The notes under the pieces: model-generated
Seen by the model: the letters and a program-made list of their open reading frames with translations, nothing else
Database searches by the model: none
What the model was told of the DNA's origin: nothing
Program-made: the position numbers and the translations under genes
Shown here: piece by piece, positions 39,173 through 52,446 of the stretch
Position numbering within the stretch: position 1 is the first letter of the stretch
Layout: each line of letters opens with the position of its first letter
Assembly: GCA_951406725.2 (NCBI GenBank)
Contig: OX597817.1
Coordinates: 33,356,001-33,420,000 of the forward strand
DNA from: Octopus vulgaris
Lineage: Eukaryota
Length of the DNA stretch: 64,000 bases
Reading direction: 5' to 3'

Positions 39173-40475
39173 GTAAGCATTTTGCTTCTAACCATTATAG
39201 TTGAACACCAAGTTTTAGCCAGTCTATACAAAAGTGTTCTTTATCCAGATAATTTTTTTTAAAATTTTATAACTACTAATATTATTTGTTGTACAAAGCT
39301 TTTAAAAAAACTTCCATCATGTCCAGCTTGCATGCTTTTTCCAATTGTGCTTAACCGCTTTAAATATTTGTTTGTATGAGAGAGTGAGAGAAAAAAAAGG
39401 AAGAAATTATCTTCGACTCAAACTTCATGTATCATAATATAGTTCTTGCACACAGTTACACTTAATATTATGTAATTTATAGTGTGTAATTAATATGTTT
39501 GTGTGGGTGAGAGAAACATTTATAAGAATGTTGAATATTGGCTCTCTACTGTTCCTATTTTATACTACAGTAAAAATAAGATTTTAAAAAATACATTTAC
39601 ATTTGTTCAAGTACAATAACTAACTCTTATGAACTGCAAAGAGAAGCAATTATATAAAATTTTATGTTGTACCTTTCAGTTATTGTATTCTACCAAAGAA
39701 TAAGTAAGGGTCACTGCACTTATAGACTTTCTTGATAGAAAAAGGTTTAGGTGTATGATATAATGACAGTCTAGATAGCACCAGATATTTTGGTATTACA
39801 CCAGAAAACTAAGTTAAGCTTCTCATTGTGATATGATTTATCTCTTAACGTTTTTACCAATATGTGTGTCTAAGATTTTTCCATATATATTGTTAGATAG
39901 CTAGAGTACATGCATGTGCGTGCACATAGACATACACAGGTAAAATAATATCTTTCTGTTGAGTAAAGCATTTTTATTAACACTGTGATACTATAATAGC
40001 CAAGTTGGCTCAACTGGGTATATTACTGATACCTATTTCTCCCAGTCAACAATGGTTGAAAATAAACACAGGTTACCAAACTGTTATGATGAATTTTACT
40101 ACTTTTTATACCAAAAAGAAAAAAATATTTGCAGACTGATTGGGCAGTTACTTATTAATCCTAGATGTGAATTTCTTGGTAACCATTAACTGATGGAAGT
40201 TTTTATTTGTAAAACTAAATTTTCCATATTATTTACTTCTAATAATTATTCATAGTTTACAAACCACGTATTTATTTCAGTTCAAATGAATATATAATTA
40301 ATCAGAGTAAACAATTTGTTTTTATATAAATTTGTGATTCTCATGTTTAAGCATCATTTTGATGCATTTCTTCCTTATTTAAATTATGCAGAGACTTTCA
40401 CCCACTCACACACACTTACACACACATGCAATCATTTGGTAAGTGGTGTCAGTTTTTACACTTCTGATATAATGA

Positions 40476-40654
40476 TATAAGCTTAAAGCTCATAAGAAAT
40501 CACCGTGCATTGACTAAGGTAAATAGTTTAATATTGGGGCATAAAAGCCCCCAAGAGAAGTAAGTAAGGTTTCCATTGAGGGCTTATATTTCCCAATATT
40601 AGACTATTTACCTTAGTCAATGCATAGTGATTGCTTATAAGCTTTAAGCTTATA
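40476..40654. repeat. MITE-like inverted repeat, ~80-bp arms
   Basis: TATAAGCTTAAAGCT...GCATTGACTAAGGTAAATAGT is mirrored by ACTATTTACCTTAGTCAATGC...AGCTTTAAGCTTATA. Confidence 0.85.
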
Positions 40655-40676
40655 AAACACATATATATATATATAT

Positions 40677-40914
40677 ACCGGAGTAAACACATAAATGTGA
40701 AACAAGGTGGAAAAAAGTGTACTCAAATACCAGGGGTAGAGTAATATGCTTTATTTAAAAGCAACGGGAATGTGAAACTCCGAGTAACAGGTTTTGTTGA
40801 ATTTCTGCTGGTTTTAAATAAAGCATATTACTCTACCCCTGATATTTGAGTACTCTTTTTCCACTTTGTTTCACATTTATGTGTCTACTCCGGTATATAC
40901 ATATATATATACAC

Positions 40915-40964
<50 letters not shown>

Positions 40965-41031
40965 ATATGTCCGGGAACGTGAAACTCCGAGTAACAGGTT
41001 TTGTTGAATTTCTGCTGCTTTTAAATAAAGT
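40677..41031. mobile_element. Penelope-like terminal-repeat remnant: inverted pair (40677-40895) plus a partial direct copy (40971-41031), embedded in (TA)n
   Basis: ~85-bp inverted arms TACCGGAGTA...TACTCCGGTA. GGGAA(C/T)GTGAAACTCCGAGTAACAGG occurs twice. Confidence 0.6.
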
Positions 41032-43660
41032 ATATATGTATATATATAAATGCATATATATAGATAAAGGTATATATAGCTGATCTAGCAGAGAAGCCAA
41101 CGGCCAATGGATTTAGGGTCTGAAGAAAAACTGCAAACCTATATCTGTTTCAGCATCTTCTCTGCATTTTTTACACTTGTTTATGGTATATTTTTATACT
41201 TATAATGAATCTCTTCATATATATATATAATGTGATGGGTATAATCAGTTTAACTAACAGCTGAGTTGGTGATGGGCACAAGCCATTTAACTATCAGCTG
41301 AGTTATAACCTTCAACCAGACAAATTATTCTGCTTGCTTTAGCTTACCTAGCTTGAAAATGAAACACATTATCATGAACAATAGTTCAGTCGTTTATCTC
41401 TTTTAGGGCCAAGTGATATATTTTATATTAGTCATCGCATTCTCATCTCTATGTGTATCTAATTATTTTTAATTATTTTTATTTAAATGAAGGTTAATTA
41501 AACTTTGAATTATACGGACGTTAAAATAAAATGGTGAAATTTATCATTTGTGTTCTGCTGGATGGTTGACTCATCTTCACTCCTCCAAATCTCATGAAAT
41601 AAGTACCAGTAATTTATCGGGGTTGAATCAATTGACTATTACCTATAAGCCCCACTCTACAAATTTATAACTTTATTCAAAAGCCAGAAATCTAGTATAA
41701 ACATATATGGACTGCAAAATATACTAATATAAGATAGCAAATCAAATATTGAAGAATAATATATTTACAAAATATATATTTGAAGAGTAATATACAATAT
41801 TTACAAAAATAAAACAAAATGTTTACTATCATCATTGATACAAGTCCATTTGTAGCTGTGCACCTACAAACTCCCCAGGCTACACATTTTTGATTGAAAG
41901 GTTAACTAAATGTTTCATCAGATATTAAATGTTTTCTGTTGTAGTCTTGTTGTTATAACTTACTGAATATTTAAAATAAGTTAAAGGTTTGTCTACCTTA
42001 TTCTTATTTGTTGTTGTTTTTTTGATAAAGTACTTTGTTTCTAATAATCAGACTACAAACTAGTAAGTTAAAAGAAAGTGCCACAATTGAGTTTTTTAAC
42101 CATTACAATAAAGATACCTGAAAGCAAAAATCCTTACAGCAAAAATTATGCCAAAAGTGGTTAAGTGAAAATAAATATTGCAAATTTTTCTATGGCAAAA
42201 ATATCTAACATGAAAGTTAAAAATTGTTTGTCATTTCAAGAAGGTAATTGATTTACACTAACTGGTGTAATCTGCTCCTGCTGAGTCTTGCATGTCCAAC
42301 CACAGTATTGAACCAGTATAGTACACAGGCATTTCCAAATTATGCAAGTATTGCATTCAAATGCAAATTTTCCCTAACATGATTCTGTAATAAAAAGCTT
42401 ATTTTTTTCCCCATCTATTTCCATATTGAATGTAAGTTAATGACAAAATGTTTTGCATTATAGGCAAATTTAAAGGCAAAATTTTTATGACCACAAAACT
42501 TCTGCAATACCAGAAATATTGGGATACTATAAATTTGTATTTTTACATTTTGTTATAAGAACAGAATAAAATATACATGCATAATTATCGTAGATATTCA
42601 ATAAATATCAATTGATAGAAATATGATAAAAGATAGCTAATAATGATTATAAATGACTCCATTAGCAGACAAACATAAAAAAGAAAAGACAACTTGAAAC
42701 GGTAAAATAGGTATACACTGTACCTCCATGTCCAAGAACCACCCCATTTCTGTATCTGATTTGGATTAATTTTTGCTGACTCCCAGGTTTTTTGATTCCA
42801 GATTGTACCTGGTAATATTATTTTTATACATTATATAAATATTATTGTATTTTCTGATTTCTTAACAATGAAAATGCAATTTTTATTTAATTAATTGCAT
42901 CTCTGAAACAAATTTATTTTTCATCTTATATTGAAATAAACAAGAAAAAGATTTTTGGCTGTTCAAAAGTTTATGGAAATACAATCAATGATAGTGTTTT
43001 GGTAGATTCATTTAAGTGTTGGACAAAATGCCTTGCTATATTTGTTCTAGCTCATTATATCATGAGTTCATATCCTGCCAAGGTGAACGTTGAATTTAAT
43101 TTTTCTAGGGTCGATATAATTTAGTCTCTGTCTAGGGTGGTGGGACGATAGAATTATTAGAGCATTGAACAAAATATTTTGCACTGTTTGTCCTGACCCT
43201 TTTATATTTTGAGTTCAGCTTCAATGACACTAGTAATGAGTCATATCAGCCCTTGAACAATGTCACTAGAATCGAGGAAAGAAGACTTATTATATGAGTA
43301 AATGCTTGTGTCCAGGAGGGAAACTATCCCTGTGTAGATTAGATGGGCAACGCTAACCAATAGAGGCCTTATGTGAAAATAATTATACATTTACAAGATT
43401 AATTAAAGGTTACATTAGAATTAAAAGTGATGTATGTTAGCAATTGTAAACCTGTCATTGGTCAATATATTTTAAAATAAACACTTCAGCTTAGTGGCAA
43501 CACTTTTTGACTAAATGTTTAAGGTCAGACAAAAAAATTTGTTTGTTGCTATTTATATTTTGTTATAAGTTGAATATCTGTTCAGTAAACAGATATAATT
43601 TTTCAGTTCCTTAAACTAATAAATTACATTTTCAACTGTTTCTCTGTTCCTTTTAAACAG

Positions 43661-43663
43661 TAG
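43661..43663 (+). other. Candidate 3-nt microexon (adds Val) or recursive splice site
   Basis: actaat branch (43615-20), pyrimidine tract, then aaacAG|TAG|GTAAGA. Confidence 0.5.
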
Positions 43664-44442
43664 GTAAGATACATTTACAACAGAGCTTTTGAAGATTTAA
43701 TACATTTTTTTAGGTTTGATGGATGTTAAATGTTAGAAAGCAGCATTGATTTATGGTTTTTGTTTTTTAATATTTGTGTTTGTCCCTTGCAACATTTTTT
43801 TCAGCTCATTTGATAAACAGAACCAATAAACATCAAGCATGTAACTGTACCTAATTAGTTTACTGAGAAATGAAGTGTAAATGAAATTGTTTATCAATAT
43901 TGTAATGTGTTGTCTTCTAAATTTGTGTTGCTGCTGATGTTTTTAAAAGGCTTTTATTGTCGCTTATAATATCAAGGTTCTAATGTGTTAAGTTTCAACA
44001 CAGTGTAGTCAAATAATTTGTTTTTAAAAGTGAAAGATGGTAAAAGATAGAAATTCTTCCCTAACTTTTATACATTCTAAGAACTCCAAAGAACTGTAAA
44101 AATTGCTTATGTGAAATACTTCTTTTTTTTTTTTTATTATTGCTATGTGTAATCTTGTTTGTTTTAGATTATCCCCACAAGAATAAAATTGTTTCCTTCG
44201 AATATCTTTATATTTCTGCTATTGGTAGGAATATATTTTAGCAAACTAATATGTCACATTGGATTCAATCTTTACTACAAAGTAAATAAGAACTGCCAGA
44301 CAAGCTTAAATATCATCATCGTAATGAAATAATACCAGTCATTTCATTTTACTCATATTTTTAATAACTTGCCAATTCTAAACCTTTACATAACAGAAAG
44401 TTAACAACAAAAACATTTCTTTTCAAATTATTTTTATTTTAG

Positions 44443-44516
44443 GATCAAAGGGATCAGAAGAAGAACCTTTGGACAAACCTGAATCCACGGAAGAAAATGT
44501 GTTTTTACTTGCCAGA
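44443..44516 (+). CDS. NCX exon, acidic linker (GSKGSEEEPLDKPESTEENVFLLAR)
   Basis: tttttattttAG acceptor and AGA|GTAGGT donor. Its 74 nt convert phase 1 to phase 0, exactly as needed to join 27138 to 47452. Confidence 0.85.
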
Positions 44517-47451
44517 GTAGGTTTCTTCCAAATTCTTTCCTCTATTGTCTGTTTTAGTACAATAGAAATATATACAATAACAAACCTTAACACTTCAAGC
44601 TTCATGTTATTGCTTTTCTACCAAGTCATAACATGAAACTCAGTAACAAAGGGGCAAAACCTCAGCTTTAAGTGTTGTTATCATTAATTGTATGTATTGA
44701 GAACTTTTTACTTACATTTGTGTATGCATGTGTGTGTGTGTGTGTGTGTGGGAGGGGCTCTGTATAAAAGGTATCAGGTGTATGCAAGAGAAAACTATGC
44801 TAGTTTGGTTGTGTTTGGATGAGGACATCTGCATAAAGAAGTGCCAAGCTCTAATTGTGTAGGGTACCTGTGAAATGGGTAGACCCAGGAAACATGGGAT
44901 GAAGTGATGAGAAAGGATTTTTGGATGCTGGGCCTCACTGAGGAAATGACAAGGGACCGGGAGATGTGGCAATTTGCTTTACTTAATAAATTTGCTTTAC
45001 TTTGGTGTTAGGAAGGTCATCCAGCTGTAGAAACACTGCCAGATTAGACTGGAGCCTGGTGCAGCCTCCTGGCTTCCCAGATCCTGGTCGAACCGTCCAA
45101 CCTGTGCTAGCATGGAAAACAGACATTAAACGATGATGATGATGAATAAGACATATCAAACTAAGTAAAATTGCTGTCTTCCACACATTCAGGCTTGTTC
45201 TTTCAGGAGCTGGTGCCACTTAAAAAGCACCTGTGCTGGTACTGCATTAGTGCACCTGTGCCAGTGGCTCGTAAAAAGCCCTCAACACACTCTGTTAAGT
45301 GGTTAGCATTAGGAAAAGCATCCAGCCATAGAAACCATTCCACAACAAACAGTTGGAGTTTGGACAGCTCCTTGCTAACCATTCCAGGTCAAACTGTCCG
45401 ACCCATGCCAGCATGGAGAGCAGATGTTAAACATTGATGATAATATATCCATTTAGTGATGATTTGGAAGAAAGAGTACTCAATACCATAACAGAGATTA
45501 ATATTTCTATTTTGGTTGAGTCAGTCTCTTGCTACTCTGAGTATGTGTGTGTTATAAATTGCATTTAATTTATGAATCATCATGTTTTTGCAATAACCTC
45601 CCTCATTGTATGCTTTCTTTATATATATCAGTGAGTTTCTCACAGTTCAGTTAATCTGTTGATCTGTTAAATAAGGAACTTATTAAAGAGGAGTAACTAC
45701 AAAACATAAGATAATGTGAAGGCAAGTGACCTAGTGGTTAAGGTGTTAGGCTCATGATCATTAAGTCATGGGTTTCATTCCTGGACTGGGTGGTATATTG
45801 CTTCCCTGGGCAAAGCAATTCATTTTATGTTACTCCCATTCACTCGACTGGAAATTAGCTCTCAGTTGAGAGCTGATGCAGCTCTCCTTTCAGCTGTCCC
45901 ATCCCCGGGTCAAAGATAGGAGGGTTTGAAGGTATATGTATCTACTTGCAACCCTATGTGTACCTCAAACAATTAGCAAATTTTGGGAAGTAATAGTGAT
46001 TGAAATGCATAGAGTGAACACCTGGCTCTTTTGTAAAATAAACTATGGTTGAATTTAAGTATTTAAGCCTGTTAATTATTTGAAGAAGAAAAAATTATTT
46101 CAATTTAATGCTATCAAGCAGCTAAGCCACTACAAAATAATTACGATGTTTTTTGATACCAGCCCTTCTGAGATTGCCTCTTTGTCATCTTTTTTTTTTT
46201 ATATAAAACTATCCATTTTTAAAGGTATTTATATCTCTCCGACTTCACAAGTTTGTTTCAAAAACCTGCTTAATAATTAAAAGAATTAGTTACTTTTTTT
46301 TTTTTTAAATCCCATCAATTTCTTGATTATCTCCAGATTTAATCGGAACATGTAGATGGCAACTTTTGTTAGAAATATGGTGAGGAATGGTTTAAGCCAA
46401 ATTCTAAAATTTGAAAAAAATTTATCAGAAGAAGAGTTATTAGTAAGAATAAACATGCAATGAAATTAAAACAAAATATTTTCTAAGCAACATTGTCATA
46501 AGGTTAATATGCTGATCCCATAAATGATTGAGTTAAAATTTTGTTACAGTTACTATAATGCAAACTTAGACAGTTTCTGATTCTCTGTAGTCTAACTATT
46601 GAAAAGACAAATACCACAGTAAAATTTATAAGGACCCACTTATAATAATGTATGAAAATGTTAATATGTATGAGATCAGACAAAATAAAATATAATAGAA
46701 AAGTAGTATATTCTAAAATAGAAGTTTAAAATTTTGCTTTTGAATTAGTTTTGAAAAAAAAAAAAATGAAGAAATTAGTGCATTTAGTAAAATATCTTTT
46801 ACATTTACTTCTACATTAAATTGGTTTCAAGAATATTACTTAAGAAAAGAGTTTTTTATAAAATTAATAACCGAAATTTTAAAATCTAAATAGGAACATT
46901 ATGTCAAAGAACCAGAAGCATCCCTGGGTAGATTGGTTGGTATCAAAACAGTTAAAGAAAAAGGAAGTAAAAAGCTTGCTGATATCTCGTACTCTCTTTC
47001 TTGATATTTTATACTTTCAACCAGTAGCATTTCCCCCTTTTTGCATCATTTGATGCTCCTTTTACCATGTTGATGTAGGTTGGATAGTCCAATAGAAACC
47101 AACAAGCCACAAGGCTACACTGATCTCCAGTACCTGCTCTGGCATGGTTTCTATAGCTGGATACTCTTCCTAATGCCAGTCATTTTACAGAGTGTGCTGT
47201 GTGCTTTAAATGTGGCACCAGCACTAGTGAGGTTATCAAGTAGTCACAAGACAAGAGCCCTAAACTGTGTGGGGTTTAGTATTGAAGGATGTGAAAGATG
47301 TAACATAATTACAGCTCATGCTCAAACCAGTTGTTTCATTTGCATAAATTGGATAACATTTTGTTGTTCAATCCTGTTTCTTAACTCATTCATGTTCAAA
47401 CAACTATTTCCACTGGTTGTATAGTTTTATCTGTTTGTTGAATTTTTATAG

Positions 47452-47619
47452 GACCTTGCTCGTACACAAGATATTACTCAAACAGATGCTGGCCGTTTAG
47501 CTGCAGCAACCCTTGCTGAACGTCAGAGCCATGGGAGAGGATGGTATCGTATCAATGCCAATCGAAGTATGACTGGTGGTCAGAAACTTACACCAATAGT
47601 TATGGAAGCTTTCAAAGAG
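47452..47619 (+). CDS. NCX exon, helical segment before CBD1
   Basis: DLARTQD...LAERQSHGRGWYRINANRSMTGGQKLTP...FKE resembles the NCX KSRAFYRIQATRLMTG motif. tttatAG acceptor and GAG|GTAACC donor. 168 nt, phase 0. Confidence 0.92.
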
Positions 47620-49300
47620 GTAACCTAGATAACTAACTTGATGTCTCTTATTTACTCCTTGTTAAATGACTTCAGTAATCAAATTTTCTTTTCAAAACTT
47701 AGTGCAGCATGCAATGTGCCAGCATGGCCACTGCCAACTAGTTGAAACCAGTTAAAATAACGTCATTACAAGAGAAAAAAAATTTATGAAAACTGCTTAG
47801 TATGAATTGTGCCAGAAATTACCGTTTCAAAATTTTGCCATTGTTTGATGTTAAACATGTTTTATATATGTTTTTTTTTTATTTTGCTTTTCAAGAAAAG
47901 AATTTAAATAATTCCACAATTTTTATAATATTGGTTTCTTAAGAATGGAGTCAATGTTTGTAGGAAAGTAATGTAGTTGACTCAGTTAATTCCAGAGCAT
48001 TGTGTGTATACTTTTGTTTTTGCTTTTCTTTAGAAGGATGGAAGAGAAATTTAATAGTGCAATTCATATTCAGAATAGAGCTGGAGAAAACTAAATGCTG
48101 CAAAGCAGTTCATATCAACTAATTCTGCCAATGATAACTGCATTTTCATTTTTCCATTATTGAAGTTTGCAGAATATATTGCAGAAACTGTTGAAAATCT
48201 TTACAGTATTTAATTTTATCCACTTATATTCTGGGATCAAATCCTGCTTATTTTCCCTTTATTTTGCTGGGCTAGTAAGATAAATTTCAGTTATATATGT
48301 TGTTTGTAATATTACTGATTATATTATTAAAACTGACTTTGTTACTAAGAAACCAATATTGACCACATTAGCTTGTGCTTATGGAAACTGCTGCATGCTT
48401 GTTTTTATTTTAAATGAATGTAGAAAGTGGAGGGGATAGTTTTTTTGTTTTTTTTTACTAATGGAATTCGAGAATTTTAAATATATTTTAACTGGCTTGT
48501 TAAATGTCACAGGTAAGCTTTCAATAAGCCAAGAATATAAACTAGTTTCAGTTCTGAGCAATTATTTCACTTTGCTCATTATTTCAATAACTCTGAGAAA
48601 CACCATACAATCTTATTTCCCTTCAGTTTTAGATATGCCTTTGAATATGTATTTATGTGAGAAATCAGTGAATAATGATTTAGCAATCACTTAGTGTATG
48701 TAGACTTTTCCCTTCTCTTGTCACAAAAGAGAAACTAGGAGTAACATTAAATGAATGAGTTGAATATTATTTTCAATTATGTTCACTTTTAGATGTAATG
48801 TAGTTTTGCCATTTAGTTTCCCATCAGTAGGAGAACTAAATGTTTATCACTTGATTTCTTTGGGTGACATGCACCTCCTTTAGGATTTTTAAGAAAGCAA
48901 GAAATACAGATTGTTGAACTCAAGTATTCTTAAAGCATTTATAATGTAAATGAAATGAGTGAACTACAACTAGGAATAAAAGCTGGGAACTTATCTGACT
49001 ATGTAAGAATATCTTTATAATTTCCAGAGTGGAGAAATTACAAATGAATTTTATTTAATTCTCTTCTTTAAAACAGATCCAATACTAATCTTTTATTTCT
49101 CATTGAGGATTATTTAAACATTTTTTACTATCTTTGTAGTCTGTTGCCCTTTCATTTTTTATCATATTGCTCAATCATACAATTATGTAATTTCTGTATG
49201 TGTGCATGTATATATAATATAATTTCTCTCAGGTTCCATAAATGTATGTATATACTATATTTTACGTAGTTTTTTCTTTTTTTCTCTTTTTTGTTTTCAG

Positions 49301-49321
49301 GCTGGTAGTAGATATAGGGAA
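49301..49321 (+). CDS. Candidate NCX microexon, 21 nt (AGSRYRE)
   Basis: ~30-nt T-rich tract, then ttttcAG|GCTGGTAGTAGATATAGGGAA|GTATGT. Symmetric phase 0, no stop. Confidence 0.6.
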
Positions 49322-51891
49322 GTATGTTTTACATTTTAGATTTATAAAGAAATGTTTTCCAATCTAAAATATTTATTTTATTTTGAATTTGTTTTCAGTA
49401 ATTTAATGAATTTTTACAATATTGTTGTTATCAAGTCTACATTGGTTATATTTCTGTTTATTTGTATATTTTCAGTTTTGTTTAATCTGAAAGTTATTTT
49501 TCAGAGATTTTAACATATTTCTTACTAATAACTATTAATAGAGGGGGTTGAGATCTAACAACTAAAGTTAATATTTTAGGCTTTCACTGGAACTTCATTC
49601 TATAGAAAGGACAAGCTTCAACTTATATAAACCATTTTTATTTGGTCTTGAATGTTTAAGCATTTTCTTTTCTTTTCTTTTTTTTACTTTTACAATTTGA
49701 ACAGAGAATGAGGAGAAGAGCTCAAGATCTCTGCAGATTTTCCCCAAAGTGGTATGGATGATATAGTTAATGTTCAGGTTGTACATATGCTACAAAAATA
49801 TAGGTGTATAGAGAATTGTTCTGAATGCTTGCACAAAATGGTCTCTGCAAAAGGCACCTGAAAACTGAGTGCTGGTTGTTAGACATACTTCATAGAGAAT
49901 ATTAGAACTACTACTAGTAGCTGATAGTTTGTAGCATGACAATTCCAAAAATACTTTACACTAAAACATTGGTATAAGGCGAACAGGGGGTGAGATGAAA
50001 TCTAGCTCATTGACAAGAATTGGTAACATGGTAACTGTGCTTTCTTTTATTGGCAGATTGGCAATAACTAATATTCCTCAGTCAATCATCATCCTGGAAT
50101 GGGTTAAAGGTAGCTTTAGCATGAGACATAATGCCACATTGCATAAAAAAAGAAGTTGGCTTAATGCTTCTTTTCTGATGTTTCTTACGAAGTCAATTTT
50201 GTCCAAAGTGATGAGATGTTTCATCATGAACTTCTGTTTTGTAATAACTGCCAGATATGTGGAATGGAGCAATATCATTAAAACTGAAAATTACAAAAAT
50301 TATATTATATCCAACACATTTTTTAACAAGGCTTATGAACCAAGATATCTGATGTTTTGTATATCTTACTGAGAGCAGAATGTTATATATATATCTTACT
50401 CTCATAACTGTTCATTGGGCTCAAAATAAAGATATGGAAATCAGACTATAATGATGCTTATGATGTAGGAGACTTGCAGCTAGGTTAAGGCCACAACTCA
50501 TTAGGTATCTGTTACCATGACATCCTATAAGTTGTTTATAGAACTTTCTTATTAACATCTTACTTTGATAATAATCTTTTGGTTTCTCTATTGAATTGAG
50601 ACTCACTTAATATTTATATTAAATGTTTGTTATAGTTAATCTGTTCTGAGCTCATGCTTCTAAAACATAAGCTTAAATAATTCATTTGTTTCCTTTACAA
50701 TTAATGTGAATATCTAAAACAACAGTACACGTTTGATGATAAATAGTTCAGAAATAGTAATCTACTGGAACTCCATTATTTACAACGACGAGGGCTCTGA
50801 TTGGTCTGGTGAATGGAACAGTCTGCTTGTGAAATTTAACATGCAAATGGCTGAGCACTCCACAGACATCTTCACCCTTAATGTAGATCTCAGGAAGATT
50901 CAGCAAGACTCAGAATGTGACAAGGTTGGTCACATTCTACCAATTCTATTGATTTACAAAGTAAATTACAGGTACCACACACTTTTGCTAGCTGAGTGGA
51001 CTGTAGCAACATGAAATAAAGTATCTTGCTCAAGGGCACTATGTACAATTGGGAATTGAACTCACAACCTTATGATTGTGAGCAGAATACCCTAACCACC
51101 TTCAGAAGTAATTATATATTTTCTGATAATGAGCTAAAAGTTTTTTTTATGTTTAAAAACACACATACACACACACAAGACTATAGATTAGAAGAGTTCT
51201 AAGATAGAGTAAAATAGTACAATGTTTGTTTCACCTTTAATGAACGTGAAAATTAAGTAATTTACCTATTAGAATATAATTTTAACACAATGTTATAACT
51301 GTTAATTCCAACATTAGAATTGAATCGTTTTTTAATATTTTCAGTATCACTTTATTCTAATCAGTTTAATCACCAATTGTCATCAGCTTATTTTTACATG
51401 GTTCTGTACTTTGTATCATTATTGGACTCACTTGTCACTTTGACAAACTGAAGATTCAACAGGACACAGCTTTGCAGTGTTCTTTGATGCATTGGCATGT
51501 CATCTCGTGTGGGAATTCAGACCTACCTAGGATTTGCAGATCTGTTGTAGTAGCGGTCTCCACCATTTGGGGACTGATTGGATCCAACTCGATACTGGGG
51601 TCTATTATTTTCATTAGTGTCGATCCTGGCTGCTTCAAAGTTGGAGATGACTTGGTAGCAAGAGCTTTCCTAGAAGGCTCTTTCCAGTATCATAAATATC
51701 ATCTAATTAGTATCATACTACAATAGTGACAAATTATCTTTGATTTTTAAACATATAAGTAACTCTGTGTTTGTGATGTCCTTTATTGCAGAATAATGCA
51801 TGGCAATCTGTTCTTTCAAATTTATAAATTGAATATTATGCAGGATGCTTCACATTGATATCTTGGTTTTCTTATCTTTTATTAAATGCAG

Positions 51892-51915
51892 ATTCAGGAT
51901 GAGCTTTCAGCCAAG
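51892..51915 (+). CDS. Candidate NCX microexon, 24 nt (IQDELSAK), with an alternative in-frame acceptor giving 18 nt
   Basis: cttttattaaatgcAG|ATTCAG|GATGAGCTTTCAGCCAAG|GTAAGC. Phase 0, no stop. Confidence 0.72.
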
Positions 51916-52159
51916 GTAAGCGTCTGGAAATATTTAACTATATTTCACCCATTTTGGTTGACTGATACCACCATTTCCATTTTTCTCTAAAGGGGAGATT
52001 TTCTTTTCCTTTTACTATACCATAAAGGACTTCTCAATATCTATATAATACATGATGGACATATCTGTACATATGTATAATTGGGTGTATCTGTTTATCT
52101 GTGCGTTTGTGTGTTTCTTTCTGTCTATATATATGTGTGCATGTCTATTTCTTTGTGTC

Positions 52160-52193
<34 letters not shown>

Positions 52194-52398
52194 TATAAAT
52201 ATAAAATACAAAATGGGACAAGAATGCAAAACATCTGCACAGGTGATACAAAAATGGAACAAAACATCCAGATAGATGATTCAAAGAAAACAAGGATGGG
52301 TCATTCGAAGTTTTCTTTCCTCAGTTGAGTACCAGATTATCTTCACAATTTTGGCTGATTGTACTTGACACACAAATATGCAAAAGCAAATACAAAGA

Positions 52399-52436
<38 letters not shown>

Positions 52437-52446
52437 TACACAAATA

